Shown: positions 1-9,684 of the stretch, one piece after another
How positions within the stretch are numbered: position 1 is the stretch's first letter
How the letters are laid out: each line of letters starts with the position of its first letter
Source: a virus
Taxonomy: Duplodnaviria; Caudoviricetes
Length of the DNA stretch: 26,125 nt
IMG/VR virus record: IMGVR_UViG_3300045953_000138
Location: 1-26,125 of that record
Direction: 5' to 3' (one strand)
Made by a program: the position numbers and the translations under genes
Notes under the pieces: model-generated
The model's database searches: none
Told to the model about the DNA's origin: nothing
The model's input: only the letters and a program-made list of their open reading frames with translations

Positions 1-794
1 GCATCCGACGTCTTCAGATGATTGCCGTCGGACAACTGCTTGTAGGCCGCCTGTAGGAACTTCTCGGGATCGCGGCCCTCGAAGGTGCGGTCGGGATCGA
101 GCTTCGGCAGAATGGCGGCCTTCCAGGCCTCATAGCCAGCCCGCATGATCTTGTAGGAATCGTGCGACTGCCGCACGATGTAGCCCGGCATCCTCTTGAT
201 CCAGGCGCCGGAATTGTTGGCGTCCTGGCGCACCGCTTCCTGCCACTTGTAGGCGATGTCGGCGATGCGCGCCGCCTCCTCCGGAATGCCTGGCGGCGCG
301 TCGATATTGTCTTCCTTGGCCCGCAGCGCCCGCGCGATGTCGCGGTCGAAGGCGCCGGAGGCAAGCTCCTTGCGCAATCCGGCCACCTCGATGTCCGACA
401 TGAAGCCGCCGAGGTAGTAATTTGTGAGTTGCGTCTGCTCCGCGCCGACCGAGGCCCGTGCTCCCGGCCGCGGCCGATTCACGCCGACCAGCACGGCCTC
501 GAGCCCGAGTCCTTCCTTGCCGGCGAATTGCGTGCGGATGTAGTCGATCGCCTCGAGCCGCGTCTTCAGGCCGATCGCGGCATTGCGCTTCTCGATCAGC
601 GCCTGCTCGGCCATTTGCGCGGCATAGTCGTCGGCGGCCTTCAGCGCGGCTTCATCCAAGCCTTCTGCGGAGGCCGTCAGTTGCCGCTCGCGCGAGCGCC
701 GCTGCAATTCCGTCAGCAGGTCGTCGAGCTCGTCGTCGCTGAGATCGCGGCCGGCGGCGCGCTTGATCTCGTCGATGCAGTCCTGGTAGCTCAT
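1..794 (-). CDS. Large internal virion (ejection) protein, N-terminal part; runs off the window edge
   Basis: Not in the ORF track because it is truncated. ATG at 794 overlaps the TGA of the upstream gene (ATGA) and reads MSYQDCIDEIKRAAGRDLSDDELDDLLTELQRR. It occupies the last position in the internal virion gene block. Confidence 0.7.
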   Translation of the reverse strand, partial: MSYQDCIDEIKRAAGRDLSDDELDDLLTELQRRSRERQLTASAEGLDEAALKAADDYAAQMAEQALIEKRNAAIGLKTRLEAIDYIRTQFAGKEGLGLEAVLVGVNRPRPGARASVGAEQTQLTNYYLGGFMSDIEVAGLRKELASGAFDRDIARALRAKEDNIDAPPGIPEEAARIADIAYKWQEAVRQDANNSGAWIKRMPGYIVRQSHDSYKIMRAGYEAWKAAILPKLDPDRTFEGRDPEKFLQAAYKQLSDGNHLKTSD

Positions 795-2446
795 CCGCCG
801 CCCCGCCGCAGTCCGCAATTGGCGGCCGCCTGCACCGCCCGCCCATAGGCGTCGGCCGTCTCCGTCAGCTCGTCGAACGGCTTCAACTCGCGCGCCACCA
901 GTTCCTCGTCGCCGAGCGCGCGGGCGAGGTTCTGTGTGTCCTGCATGATGTCGGCGAGACTTTCCTGGATGACAGCCGCATCGTCATTGGCCGGCGCGGC
1001 CTTGACGGTTTCGTCGCCGGCGCGGACGGCCTGCATGTCGACCAAACGACCCTCCTCGGGCGTGAAGTTCTTGGCACCGGCGGCGGCGACATCCTCCGGA
1101 CGGAAAGGCGAACTGCTGGTCACGGCCTGGCGAACCGCAAGCTTTGATACATTCATCGGTGCGAATGGTTTCAGTTGCTTGGCAATGTCTTCCGAAGCTT
1201 CGATGTTGCCGTAACGACCGACCATGTTGGTCTGGCCCGCCTCATCGATCTCATCCCATAGCCGGGCCGCGACCTCGACCGGATGCCCTTTCGGAACATC
1301 GACATAGTGAACCTCGTTCGGCTTTCCTCCCCCCGTCCGGAAATCGCGCGCATAAGCAGGATCGGGCGTCAGCCAGCGCGGACCGCCGCTCGTCGGATCG
1401 ACACCGCCATGATAGAAACGAACGGTATCCGGTGTTTGCGGCGGCACGGTTTCAGTCGCAAGCGGAACTTCGGACCGCGCGGGCGGCGCAGGTTCTCCGG
1501 CGATGGCTGCCCCGGCTTGACGCACTGCCGCCGTAGGCTGCTCGAACTCACCACCGCGGATCGGCGTCTCACTCGAACGCAGCGCCGGCTCAACATCAAT
1601 TGCCCGCCCGGTCAGCGCTTGCGAGATGCCGACACGCAGCGCCGCCTCGCGCGCTTCCGCCGGAACCTGTTCCAGGATGCGCGGGATCGGCGCGTCGACA
1701 GGCTTGGTCGTCTGCCACGGCAGGCCGCGCGCGATCGCGTCTCCCGCCGCGCCTATGCCGACGTGCAGGCCGCCGCCGAGCGCGGTGCCGAGGCCAATCG
1801 CCAGCAGGCTGTCGGCCAGGTGATAGTCGGCCTGCTCCTGCTGCGCGACGCCGTAGACGATCGGCTCGACGATGGCGGCGCCGACGGCTCCTTCAACCGC
1901 CCCGACCCGCGCCCGCACAAGCCCGCGCCCAACCGCGCCGCCGGCCTGCGCCAATGCCGTGGCATAACGTGACGGCCCGATCACCGGCACGAACGCGGTC
2001 GCCACATTGAGCGGGTCCATCGCTGAAACCGCGAGCGCGGTACCGATATTGGCCATCGCCGGGCCGATGCCGGACGGCCCGCGCGCCATGATGTCCTTGC
2101 GCCTGCGCTCGTTCGACTTGCGCTCGATCAGGATGTCGAGCTGATCCTGGCGGATGCCGGTATCGGGAACGGTGAGCTGCAATCCTTCTTCCTTGATGCG
2201 CGCGCGCGCGTCTTGCGCCGAAACCATCGGCGAGGGTTCCGCAAGCTGGATCTCGCCGGTATCGGCGCCGACGCCGAGCGGCACGCCCTGTGCGGCATTG
2301 CGCAATTCGATGGCGCGACCGATCGACGGCGTCGGCGAGCGCACCCAGGCTTCCTCGGCCTGCGCGGCCAGCACGTCCGACATCGGCGCCTGAACGTCCG
2401 ACCAGAAGATCGGTCCGGTGCGAACTTGTGGCAGGAACAGCGTCAT
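791..2446 (-). CDS. Internal virion protein with an ADP-ribosyltransferase-like insert
   Basis: Start MTLFLPQV at 2446 is ATGA-coupled to the previous stop. Ala/Gly-rich hydrophobic segment (DPLNVATAFVPVIG...GAVEGAVGAA) typical of ejection proteins. YHG...WLTPDPAYA motif near the C-terminus. Confidence 0.7.
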   Translation of the reverse strand: MTLFLPQVRTGPIFWSDVQAPMSDVLAAQAEEAWVRSPTPSIGRAIELRNAAQGVPLGVGADTGEIQLAEPSPMVSAQDARARIKEEGLQLTVPDTGIRQDQLDILIERKSNERRRKDIMARGPSGIGPAMANIGTALAVSAMDPLNVATAFVPVIGPSRYATALAQAGGAVGRGLVRARVGAVEGAVGAAIVEPIVYGVAQQEQADYHLADSLLAIGLGTALGGGLHVGIGAAGDAIARGLPWQTTKPVDAPIPRILEQVPAEAREAALRVGISQALTGRAIDVEPALRSSETPIRGGEFEQPTAAVRQAGAAIAGEPAPPARSEVPLATETVPPQTPDTVRFYHGGVDPTSGGPRWLTPDPAYARDFRTGGGKPNEVHYVDVPKGHPVEVAARLWDEIDEAGQTNMVGRYGNIEASEDIAKQLKPFAPMNVSKLAVRQAVTSSSPFRPEDVAAAGAKNFTPEEGRLVDMQAVRAGDETVKAAPANDDAAVIQESLADIMQDTQNLARALGDEELVARELKPFDELTETADAYGRAVQAAANCGLRRGGG

Positions 2447-5400
2447 GGCATGCCGCCCGGCATGGTCAGCCCTTGCGCCGGAGGAACAGAAGGCGGCGGC
2501 GATGCTGTCGGTTCCGGCACTGGCGGCGGCGCTGGCATGCTCCGCATTTGCGGCGTCAGGCCATAAATAATCTCGTGTTCGGAAAGCGGTGCAGTATCGT
2601 TGGCGCCTGCGCTCAATTGCAGGAGCCTTTCCCAGGACACCGTGAACGGCTTCCCATCGATCGTCACCGCCTTGCGGGTCGGCTCCTGCATTAGTGTCAG
2701 GCCCGTTTGGTCGAATGATGTGACCCAAAAGCCTTTACCGGCCTGTAATGAACGGACGAATTGCTCCTTGAAGTATTCCGGTTTCATGCCTCCCGGCGTC
2801 GCCGTCGGCAGATCGATGTCGCTCTGTGGCAGCAGCTGCGTGAGCGCCTGCTCGGCGCCATGCATGATCAGGCCGCTGTTGTATTCGTTGGGGATGCGCG
2901 CCATGCCGACCATGGTGAACTTCTTGCCGATAACATCCTCATAGGCGCGGCTGGCGGCGCGCTCGACCGAGTCGCCGTGGCCCATGTTGTCCATGGCCAG
3001 CTTGTAGATTGCTTCCTGGAACTGATTGAAGGTGATTTCCGCGCCGGGATTGTTCACCAGCGTCGAGCGGAAGCCGCGCATCCGCTCCAGCACGGTCTGC
3101 TGCAACCCGTCTCTGCCTTTCAATTCCTCGTCCTTGTAGGCCTTCTCCATTTCCTTGAGCGGGATTTTCGAGAGCTGCGCCAGCCGCTGCGCGGCATGCG
3201 CCTGATCCGGCTGGTTCATGGTGCCGATCACGACCGCTGTGCCGGGCAGGTTCTTGGCAATCTCGCCATGCACCTTCGGCCACATCGATCCCCATTGCGC
3301 CTGCAGGCCTTGCATCAGATTGGCGGCATTGACCGGATTGTCCTCGAACTGCTTGCCGATGGCTGCGGCCATCTCCGGCGTGGCGATGCGCTGTAATTCC
3401 GGCGGCACGCCAAGCCGCGCCTGCTCGGCGAGCGTTGCGGCGGCATAATCCTGCGACAATCCTGGCAGCTGGGCCGGTGCCGCTCGTGCTGCTGTCGCCA
3501 TCGTCTGCGCCGACTGCCGCACCTCGGGAGAATATCTCGCGGCATAGGTTGCCGGGTCTTTCACCAGGGTTGCATTACGATCTTGGATGATCTTGCCGAT
3601 GGCATCCAGTTCCGCCTTGTTGATGCGATAGTCTTCCGGCGATTTCTTCCGTTCCTCGTAATCCTTGATGATCGTATCCAATTCCTCCGGCGTAGCGGTG
3701 GCGATGGACTTGACCTTGGCGCCATAGGCGGCATCCTTGTCGAAACTTTCCTGTGCGAGCTTGCCGACGTTCGGGCCGTAACGCTGGACGAATTCGGCTT
3801 CCTTGGCCGGGTCACGCTCGTTGCCGTCGCGGATGAACTGCGAGTAATCCGCAGTCTCGCGATTTGCCTGCGTCGCGAGCCTTGCGTCGCGTTGGGCGAT
3901 CATCCGGTCGACGACGCCGACACCGGGCAGAACGGACTCGGCCGCCGACCGCGTCTGGCTCGTGGCATCCGTCATCGTGCCCGTCGCCGCCTGCGCGGTC
4001 TGCGTTCCCCGTCCGCTGCGAACGGCCGCAACCAGCGCCTGTCCTTCGCCGGACTGCCGGTCGCCCTGGATCTCGCCATGCCCGACGACATTGTCCGGCG
4101 CGATGCCGTATTTCTGCATCAGTCCCGCAGCGAGCCGCGCCGCGGCATCCTTCTGCGCCTGCGTCTCACCGCCGGAGCCGACGAACGAGATGCCGATCGC
4201 GTTCTCGTTGGCAATGTCAGGCCGGCTCGTGCGCTGCGCCTGTCCCGGTCCCTTGACGTGATTGGTGCGCTTGTCGAGCGGCACGCCCTGATAGACCGTG
4301 CCGTCCTTGTCGATATAGAAATGATAGCCGAACGAGCCGCCGCCGCGGGACGGGTCGCCTTTCAGCGGCGCCATCGATCCTTGCAGCGTATCGCTGCCGG
4401 TATGGTGCGCGACGATGGCGCGGAACGGCTGCGCATTGGCGGTTGCGGCCCGGCCATACTCGCGGCCTTCGTCGGCGACGTAGCGGATCGGCAGACCGGC
4501 CATGGTGAACTGTTTGTCGCTGCCACCGACGGCGCGCGGCCCGCCGCCGAACCGGGAAACCGGACCTTCCGGCGCATAGAAGGCGTGCCCGCCGATGCGC
4601 TGCCCTTCGCCTCTTGCCCAGGCCGGCGCCGGTTGCCCGCGCCGCGCCATCTCCACCGGCGAATAGAAATGCGTCGCCCCCCTGGTGGGATCTTCGCCGC
4701 CGGCCAGCGCGCGATCGACATTGGCGGCGGCGCGCCGGTATTCCGCCGACTCCGGCGAGATCGCCTCCAGCTCCTGGCGCCGTGTCGACCACGGCTCGAA
4801 CTGTCCCGGCGCCATGACGACGTCGCGCACGGTTTTGCCATGGCGACCCGAACCGGCACGGTTCAGGATGACATTGGCGACCGCCGCCTGGCCCTCGTCG
4901 GATTCGCCCCTCGCCTCGCCGATGACCGTGCGGATCATCAGGTCGCGGTCTTGTTGCGAGACTGGTCCAATGCGCTCTCGCCGCCGCAGTTCCTCGCCGC
5001 GCTGCCGCTCCATCTCCTTCGCTTCATCGTAGCGGTTGGCGTCGACCAATCCCTGCAGCCGGGATTGGTAGGCGCGCTTCTTGAAATCCTCGATCCGCTC
5101 GTGCTTGCGCCCGGCATCGAGGCCGGAAGTGTTCACCCGGTTTTCGTATTCGGCCAGCTGCGCATCGTAATCGTCAGGCCTGCCGGCAAGACCGGCGACG
5201 GCAGCATCGCGATAGCGATCCAGCTCGTTGCTTTCGTAGCCGAGCCGCGCATCGCGCTCGAACGTGGCCGAGCGTGCCGCGTATTGCCGGGTGAAGTTTG
5301 CCAGCCGCGCCCGGTATTTCTGCTGCAGCGGCGGCGGCAGGGAGCGGATGTATTGCTCGCCCTCCTGCCCGAACGTGGTCATGAAGCCGGTGGTGTGGCC

Positions 5401-5667
5401 CTTGCCGGTCGGGTCGGCGTTCTGCCGCGCTTCCGCTTCCCGTTCCTGCATGCGCTGCAGGAACTGATCCTCGGCGATCTGCGCGTCGAAGTCGGCCTGC
5501 TTCTCCTGTTGCTCGCGGAACCGCCCGCCGAGCATGGCCAGCGTCGAGCCGAGCCCGGCGAGCTCGCGCCCGATATTGGCGCCGAACTGGTCGGGCGTCG
5601 CCTGGCCGACCGGGAACGCCGCCTGCACCCGTTCGCGCGATTGGAAGTACGGGATCGGGATCGCCAT
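2443..5667 (-). CDS. Internal virion protein (1074 aa) with SleB/Hydrolase_2 and Amidase_2 peptidoglycan hydrolase domains
   Basis: RTVIGEARGE..GQAAVANVILNR..GQFEPW..DPTRGATHFY..IGGHAFY matches Hydrolase_2. IVAHHTG..GYHFYIDKDG..NAIGISFVG..VVGHGE matches Amidase_2. Position follows the tail genes. Confidence 0.85.
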   Translation of the reverse strand: MAIPIPYFQSRERVQAAFPVGQATPDQFGANIGRELAGLGSTLAMLGGRFREQQEKQADFDAQIAEDQFLQRMQEREAEARQNADPTGKGHTTGFMTTFGQEGEQYIRSLPPPLQQKYRARLANFTRQYAARSATFERDARLGYESNELDRYRDAAVAGLAGRPDDYDAQLAEYENRVNTSGLDAGRKHERIEDFKKRAYQSRLQGLVDANRYDEAKEMERQRGEELRRRERIGPVSQQDRDLMIRTVIGEARGESDEGQAAVANVILNRAGSGRHGKTVRDVVMAPGQFEPWSTRRQELEAISPESAEYRRAAANVDRALAGGEDPTRGATHFYSPVEMARRGQPAPAWARGEGQRIGGHAFYAPEGPVSRFGGGPRAVGGSDKQFTMAGLPIRYVADEGREYGRAATANAQPFRAIVAHHTGSDTLQGSMAPLKGDPSRGGGSFGYHFYIDKDGTVYQGVPLDKRTNHVKGPGQAQRTSRPDIANENAIGISFVGSGGETQAQKDAAARLAAGLMQKYGIAPDNVVGHGEIQGDRQSGEGQALVAAVRSGRGTQTAQAATGTMTDATSQTRSAAESVLPGVGVVDRMIAQRDARLATQANRETADYSQFIRDGNERDPAKEAEFVQRYGPNVGKLAQESFDKDAAYGAKVKSIATATPEELDTIIKDYEERKKSPEDYRINKAELDAIGKIIQDRNATLVKDPATYAARYSPEVRQSAQTMATAARAAPAQLPGLSQDYAAATLAEQARLGVPPELQRIATPEMAAAIGKQFEDNPVNAANLMQGLQAQWGSMWPKVHGEIAKNLPGTAVVIGTMNQPDQAHAAQRLAQLSKIPLKEMEKAYKDEELKGRDGLQQTVLERMRGFRSTLVNNPGAEITFNQFQEAIYKLAMDNMGHGDSVERAASRAYEDVIGKKFTMVGMARIPNEYNSGLIMHGAEQALTQLLPQSDIDLPTATPGGMKPEYFKEQFVRSLQAGKGFWVTSFDQTGLTLMQEPTRKAVTIDGKPFTVSWERLLQLSAGANDTAPLSEHEIIYGLTPQMRSMPAPPPVPEPTASPPPSVPPAQGLTMPGGMP

Positions 5668-5701
5668 GAGCTATTTGCATCCAGACGGGCGTGAACGCCC
5701 T

Positions 5702-6184
5702 TTAGACCCACAAATTCGACATGCCGCCGCCGGTCCCGGAGCGCCCGTAGCCGAAGCTGCCGAGCCCGGACAAGAGCCGCGTCGCGCCGCCGATGTAGCC
5801 GCCGGTGCGCGCCGCCTCCGCCTCCGCGCGCAAGCGCTGCGCGTTGTTGAGGTGGCCGATGGCCGCGACATTGCCCTCGTGCGCGAGCGTCAGCACGTCG
5901 AGATCCTGGTTCGCCGCCGACTGCTGCGAAACGTCGAACAGCGAGCCGGAATAGCCAAACCCGCTCTCGCCGATCGCGGCGCGCTGCAGCCCGAGATTGC
6001 GGCGCATCTCGCGCGTCGCCTGCTCGGCGTGCGCGGCGCCTTCCTCGCGCCGCTGCTGCGCGAGCTGGGCCTGCACCTGCGCATTGTAGTTGGCGGCATT
6101 GGCCTGCGCCTGGCCGGCATAGATTGAGCCAAAAGCCGACATCGCGGCGCCGGCAACGCCCAGCACGGCAGGAAGGAACGCCAT
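5702..6184 (-). CDS. Small internal virion protein (T7 gp14-like position)
   Basis: Ala/Gly/Gln-rich with a hydrophobic N-terminus followed by QAQANAANYNAQV; synteny. Confidence 0.7.
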   Translation of the reverse strand: MAFLPAVLGVAGAAMSAFGSIYAGQAQANAANYNAQVQAQLAQQRREEGAAHAEQATREMRRNLGLQRAAIGESGFGYSGSLFDVSQQSAANQDLDVLTLAHEGNVAAIGHLNNAQRLRAEAEAARTGGYIGGATRLLSGLGSFGYGRSGTGGGMSNLWV

Positions 6185-6628
6185 TTATCTCACCCGCGCA
6201 TAAAGCCGAAAATCGCGGCCGTCGACGAACTTGCGCATCAGCCCTTCGCTCGCAAAGCCGAGCGCCTTGACCCAGCGGTGCGCCCGCTCCCAGCTCTCCT
6301 CGACGTGGCATTCGATGCGTTCGAAGCCGGCATCCTCGAGCATGCGCCGCGCCATGGCGGTGATCATCACGCCGCCGACCGGGTCATGCATCGCGCGCTC
6401 GGAAAGCAGCGCCCAGGCCGCGGCGTTGCCGCGCCAGCGCACGGCGAGGCCGACCGCGCCGAGCGGTCCGGCCGCATCGTAGGCGACGAAGCCGGGCCCG
6501 GCCGCAAGCATCGCCGCGTAGTCGGCTTCGCTCGATCCGGTGGTCAAGAGCGCCGCCGCCTGCCGCGGCTGCGGCCGGATCGCTTGCAGCTCGCCGACCG
6601 CGAGCAGCGGGCGGATGTCAAGCGTCAT
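6185..6628 (-). CDS. GNAT-fold protein (T7 gp13-like position)
   Basis: RIECHVEESWERAHRWVKALGFASEG resembles the GNAT motif. Directly downstream of tail tubular B. Confidence 0.7.
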   Translation of the reverse strand: MTLDIRPLLAVGELQAIRPQPRQAAALLTTGSSEADYAAMLAAGPGFVAYDAAGPLGAVGLAVRWRGNAAAWALLSERAMHDPVGGVMITAMARRMLEDAGFERIECHVEESWERAHRWVKALGFASEGLMRKFVDGRDFRLYARVR

Positions 6629-8870
6629 TGGTCGACACCTGCGGAACGATCGCCGTCACCGTCATCGGCAGCGGCTGCTCCTGCGACACGCAGATGTGGC
6701 CCTCCCGGCTCCAGTCGCCGTCGAGCGACATGCGGATGTCGCCGGTGAAGAGGTCGGGCGCCTCGTCCATCTCCATGGCGCTCGACCGGTAGAGGATCTC
6801 GGACAGCCGGTCGAAGCGCGTGCCGACCCGGCCGCCGAGCGTGGTGTCGAGGCGTAAGACTACCTTCGCGATCCGCTTGATGCGCCCTTGCGCGGTGCCG
6901 TCGGAAGCGCCGGCCTCGACCCGCATGGTTTGCAGCCGCGAGGCATAGGGAAGCCCGATATGCACCTTGCGCGCGGCCGGCTCGCTCAGCGTCACCTGCC
7001 CGCCGAGCACGGTCTGCGGCGGGAGAACCGCGCCGTCGGCGAGGATATGCACGGTCTCGCCATTGAGATGATCGAGCCCGGAAAACACCGTCTGCGGCGC
7101 GCCCGCCACGCTGTAGCTCACGCCGCAGTCGACATAGAAGGCATCGTCTTTCGACGCGCCGCGCTGAAGCGGCCGTTCCAGGATCTCGATATAGCGCCGG
7201 GTCGTTCCATTGACGGTGCGGCGGACGATCAGCCAGAGATCGTCGTGCGTCCCGTCGGGATGCGGGATGGACGCGCAACTTTCGACGAAGCCGTCGCCGC
7301 CGAGCGGATGCCGGTGCCAGCCGACCACGCCGCGGTCGCGGTTGTGGGTGAGCGCATGCAATTCGCCTGCCCCCGTCGCCACCCACAGGATCGAATCCGG
7401 CTCCTGCTGGTAGCAGTAGTCGATGACGCCGTTCGTGAGCATGTGGTCAGCGAGGATCGTGAGGTCGGGCGCGACGTAGCGGTCCTCCTCCAGCGCGAAG
7501 CGGTATTCGTGGATCTTGCGGCCGTGCCGCTGCACGAACAGCGCCACGTTGCCGATGCGGATCGCCTGCAGGCGCTGCGAGCCGACGCCGGTCATCACCA
7601 CGGCGGTGGCGTTGGTCGATGAGAACGGCTGGTTCTCGGTCGCGCCGGCGACGATCACCTCCGAGCCGGCGGTGCCGACGGCGAGCGCGTTGGCGATCGG
7701 CATCATCCAGCGGATTTCGTCGACGCTCTCGGTCGCCATCGCCAGCACCATCGCCGCATCCGGCGTGAAGTCGGGTCCGATCTTGCGGTTGTGGCTGAAG
7801 AAGTCGCCGACTTGGCTGGCGTAGATGGTGCGGCCCTTGCCGAAAAATAGCCTTTCCTTGTAGAGCGCGGCCGTGGTCGGCCAGCCTTCCGCGTCCGACC
7901 AGGCCTCGAACGCCCACCACTTGGTCGGATTGGCGACGACGCCGGCTTGCGCATAGGTTGCGCTCTCGTCCGGCAGCCGCTTGAGCACCGTGCAATTGGC
8001 GACCGTCGCCGAGGCGATGGCTTCGATCTGCACGATGCCGTAGTTGGAATGCAGATATTCCCAATCGATGACGCCGTCGTTGCCGATGCCGCGATCGTGG
8101 ATCGGCGGCGCCGCGCCGGTCGCGCCAGTGATCGGCCCTCGGCACAGGTAGATGTTGCCGGCGTTGCGTCTGGGGACGACGTCGATGTCGCCCCCCCCGA
8201 CGCCGAGCCCGGGTTGCCAGGAGCCGACGGCGGCGAGGTTCTCCGGTTCGAGATAGACCAGCTTGCCGATGTCATCGTCGGAAAACAGCGCCGCCGAGGC
8301 GGTGAGCGTGATCGCGCCGGTCGCGGCTGAGGCGGCCAGCGTGATCGCCTCGTCGCTGCGCAGGTCGTGGAACGGCCCCTCCAGATTGTCGTAGACCGGG
8401 AACGTCCAGTCGGTCGCGCCCATGCGCCGCAATTGCCGCGGCTGCTGGTCGCCCTTGACCGAGACCACGAACAGCACGTCGGCCGACTGCACGGTCTGCA
8501 ATGCGAAGGTGCCCGCCGCCGCGATCAGGTCGGCTTCCGCATACGGCGTCGCCACTTCGAGCGGCGCGCCGCCGGTGAGCAGCGGTGCGCGGTTGACGAA
8601 CAGGCGCAGATAGTTCTCGCCCCATTCGACGATGTAGCTCTGCTCCTCGTTGAACTGGAACGTCGACAGCCAAGTGCGCTTGCTTTGATCCTTCACCTCG
8701 GCGACGAAGCGGGTCCCGCCGCGCCGCACCGCCGGGCCCGGCACCGTCGGGATGAAGTTCTCGAGGACCTTCGCCCCCGTAAAATATTTTTCTTGATCTA
8801 CACGACCATCAATAGCCGGCGAATATTCTCCACCGTTAAACTGCGTCCAGATCCCATACTGACGAGCCAT
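6618..8870 (-). CDS. Tail tubular protein B / nozzle
   Basis: 750 aa. N-terminal FNGGEYSP..GRVD..Y..G..LENFIP..G..RRGGT, plus WPT..YKERLFF and LFVQRHGRK; follows tubular protein A. Confidence 0.85.
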   Translation of the reverse strand: MARQYGIWTQFNGGEYSPAIDGRVDQEKYFTGAKVLENFIPTVPGPAVRRGGTRFVAEVKDQSKRTWLSTFQFNEEQSYIVEWGENYLRLFVNRAPLLTGGAPLEVATPYAEADLIAAAGTFALQTVQSADVLFVVSVKGDQQPRQLRRMGATDWTFPVYDNLEGPFHDLRSDEAITLAASAATGAITLTASAALFSDDDIGKLVYLEPENLAAVGSWQPGLGVGGGDIDVVPRRNAGNIYLCRGPITGATGAAPPIHDRGIGNDGVIDWEYLHSNYGIVQIEAIASATVANCTVLKRLPDESATYAQAGVVANPTKWWAFEAWSDAEGWPTTAALYKERLFFGKGRTIYASQVGDFFSHNRKIGPDFTPDAAMVLAMATESVDEIRWMMPIANALAVGTAGSEVIVAGATENQPFSSTNATAVVMTGVGSQRLQAIRIGNVALFVQRHGRKIHEYRFALEEDRYVAPDLTILADHMLTNGVIDYCYQQEPDSILWVATGAGELHALTHNRDRGVVGWHRHPLGGDGFVESCASIPHPDGTHDDLWLIVRRTVNGTTRRYIEILERPLQRGASKDDAFYVDCGVSYSVAGAPQTVFSGLDHLNGETVHILADGAVLPPQTVLGGQVTLSEPAARKVHIGLPYASRLQTMRVEAGASDGTAQGRIKRIAKVVLRLDTTLGGRVGTRFDRLSEILYRSSAMEMDEAPDLFTGDIRMSLDGDWSREGHICVSQEQPLPMTVTAIVPQVSTNDA

Positions 8871-9470
8871 CTACAGCCGACCCCAAATCCAGGCATCGTC
8901 GGGAATAGGCTCCGGCGGGTTCTCGATCGCGCCGGCGCGCTTGGCGCGCTTGATGGCGTAGTCGAATTCCTTCAGCAGCAGCTCGCGCCGGTCGGCGCCG
9001 CCCTCGGTCATCGGCACGTTCAATTCGACCGCGAGCTTGCAGGCAAGCGCATTGTCGAACAGCGCGTCCTGCGCCTCCTCGGTGTCGGCGATGTAGACGA
9101 TCGGCAGCGGCGCGCCCTGGTCGGTGAACACCTGTCCGCCCTCGACGTGCCACGGTTGCAGCGGGCCCGTGACATAGGGCCGGCGCACCGGGAAGGCGTA
9201 CCATTCGCCGACATAGATCAAGCGGATGAAGTCGGCGGGGAGCTGGTAGCGCAGCGCATAGCCCCAATCGGGCGGATCGGCGAGCGCGGGGAGCTTGCAG
9301 CGCCGGGTGGCGAAATTCCAGCCGTACTCGCGCAGCAGCGCGCGCCGCTCAATGTCGTACATGGAATTGACGGCGCGCCCTTCCGGGGTGTCGTCGGTCA
9401 GATCGATGATGCGCGCCGCGCCGACCTTGGTCAGCGCGCGGTTGGCGATGGCCGTGCGGGATGCAGGCAT
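8871..9470 (-). CDS. Tail tubular protein A / adaptor
   Basis: IANRAL.K.G, WNFATRR and YQLPADFIR motifs; 199 aa. Confidence 0.85.
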   Translation of the reverse strand: MPASRTAIANRALTKVGAARIIDLTDDTPEGRAVNSMYDIERRALLREYGWNFATRRCKLPALADPPDWGYALRYQLPADFIRLIYVGEWYAFPVRRPYVTGPLQPWHVEGGQVFTDQGAPLPIVYIADTEEAQDALFDNALACKLAVELNVPMTEGGADRRELLLKEFDYAIKRAKRAGAIENPPEPIPDDAWIWGRL

Positions 9471-9474
9471 GACA

Positions 9475-9666
9475 TCAAGCCGGCGGCCACCGATCCTCGA
9501 GCGCGGCGTTCTTGATCTCCTCGACCAGCCGGGCGAACTCGGCGCGGTCGAGGCCGCCGGTCAAGTTGACCGCGATCTCGACGCCGGCGCCGGCAAGCGT
9601 CGCCGTGGCGCTCTCCACCACCGCGGTCTTCTGCCCGCCTTTGGCGAGCTTGTAGAAACGAGCCAT
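9475..9666 (-). CDS. Small putative virion protein (63 aa)
   Basis: GGAGG RBS. Clear paralogy with the N-terminus of the adjacent upstream gene. Confidence 0.7.
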   Translation of the reverse strand: MARFYKLAKGGQKTAVVESATATLAGAGVEIAVNLTGGLDRAEFARLVEEIKNAALEDRWPPA

Positions 9667-9684
9667 GACTGTCCTCCGTTACCG

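Noticed and set aside
3241-3260. Possible self-target of the array unit at 19595 (GGGCAGGTTCTTGGC)
   Set aside because: Several mismatches and wrong spacing, which is expected by chance in GC-rich DNA.
162-9515. Long plus-strand ORFs (e.g. 162-848, 3583-5694, 8367-9515)
   Set aside because: These are antisense shadows of GC-rich minus-strand genes and have no motifs.
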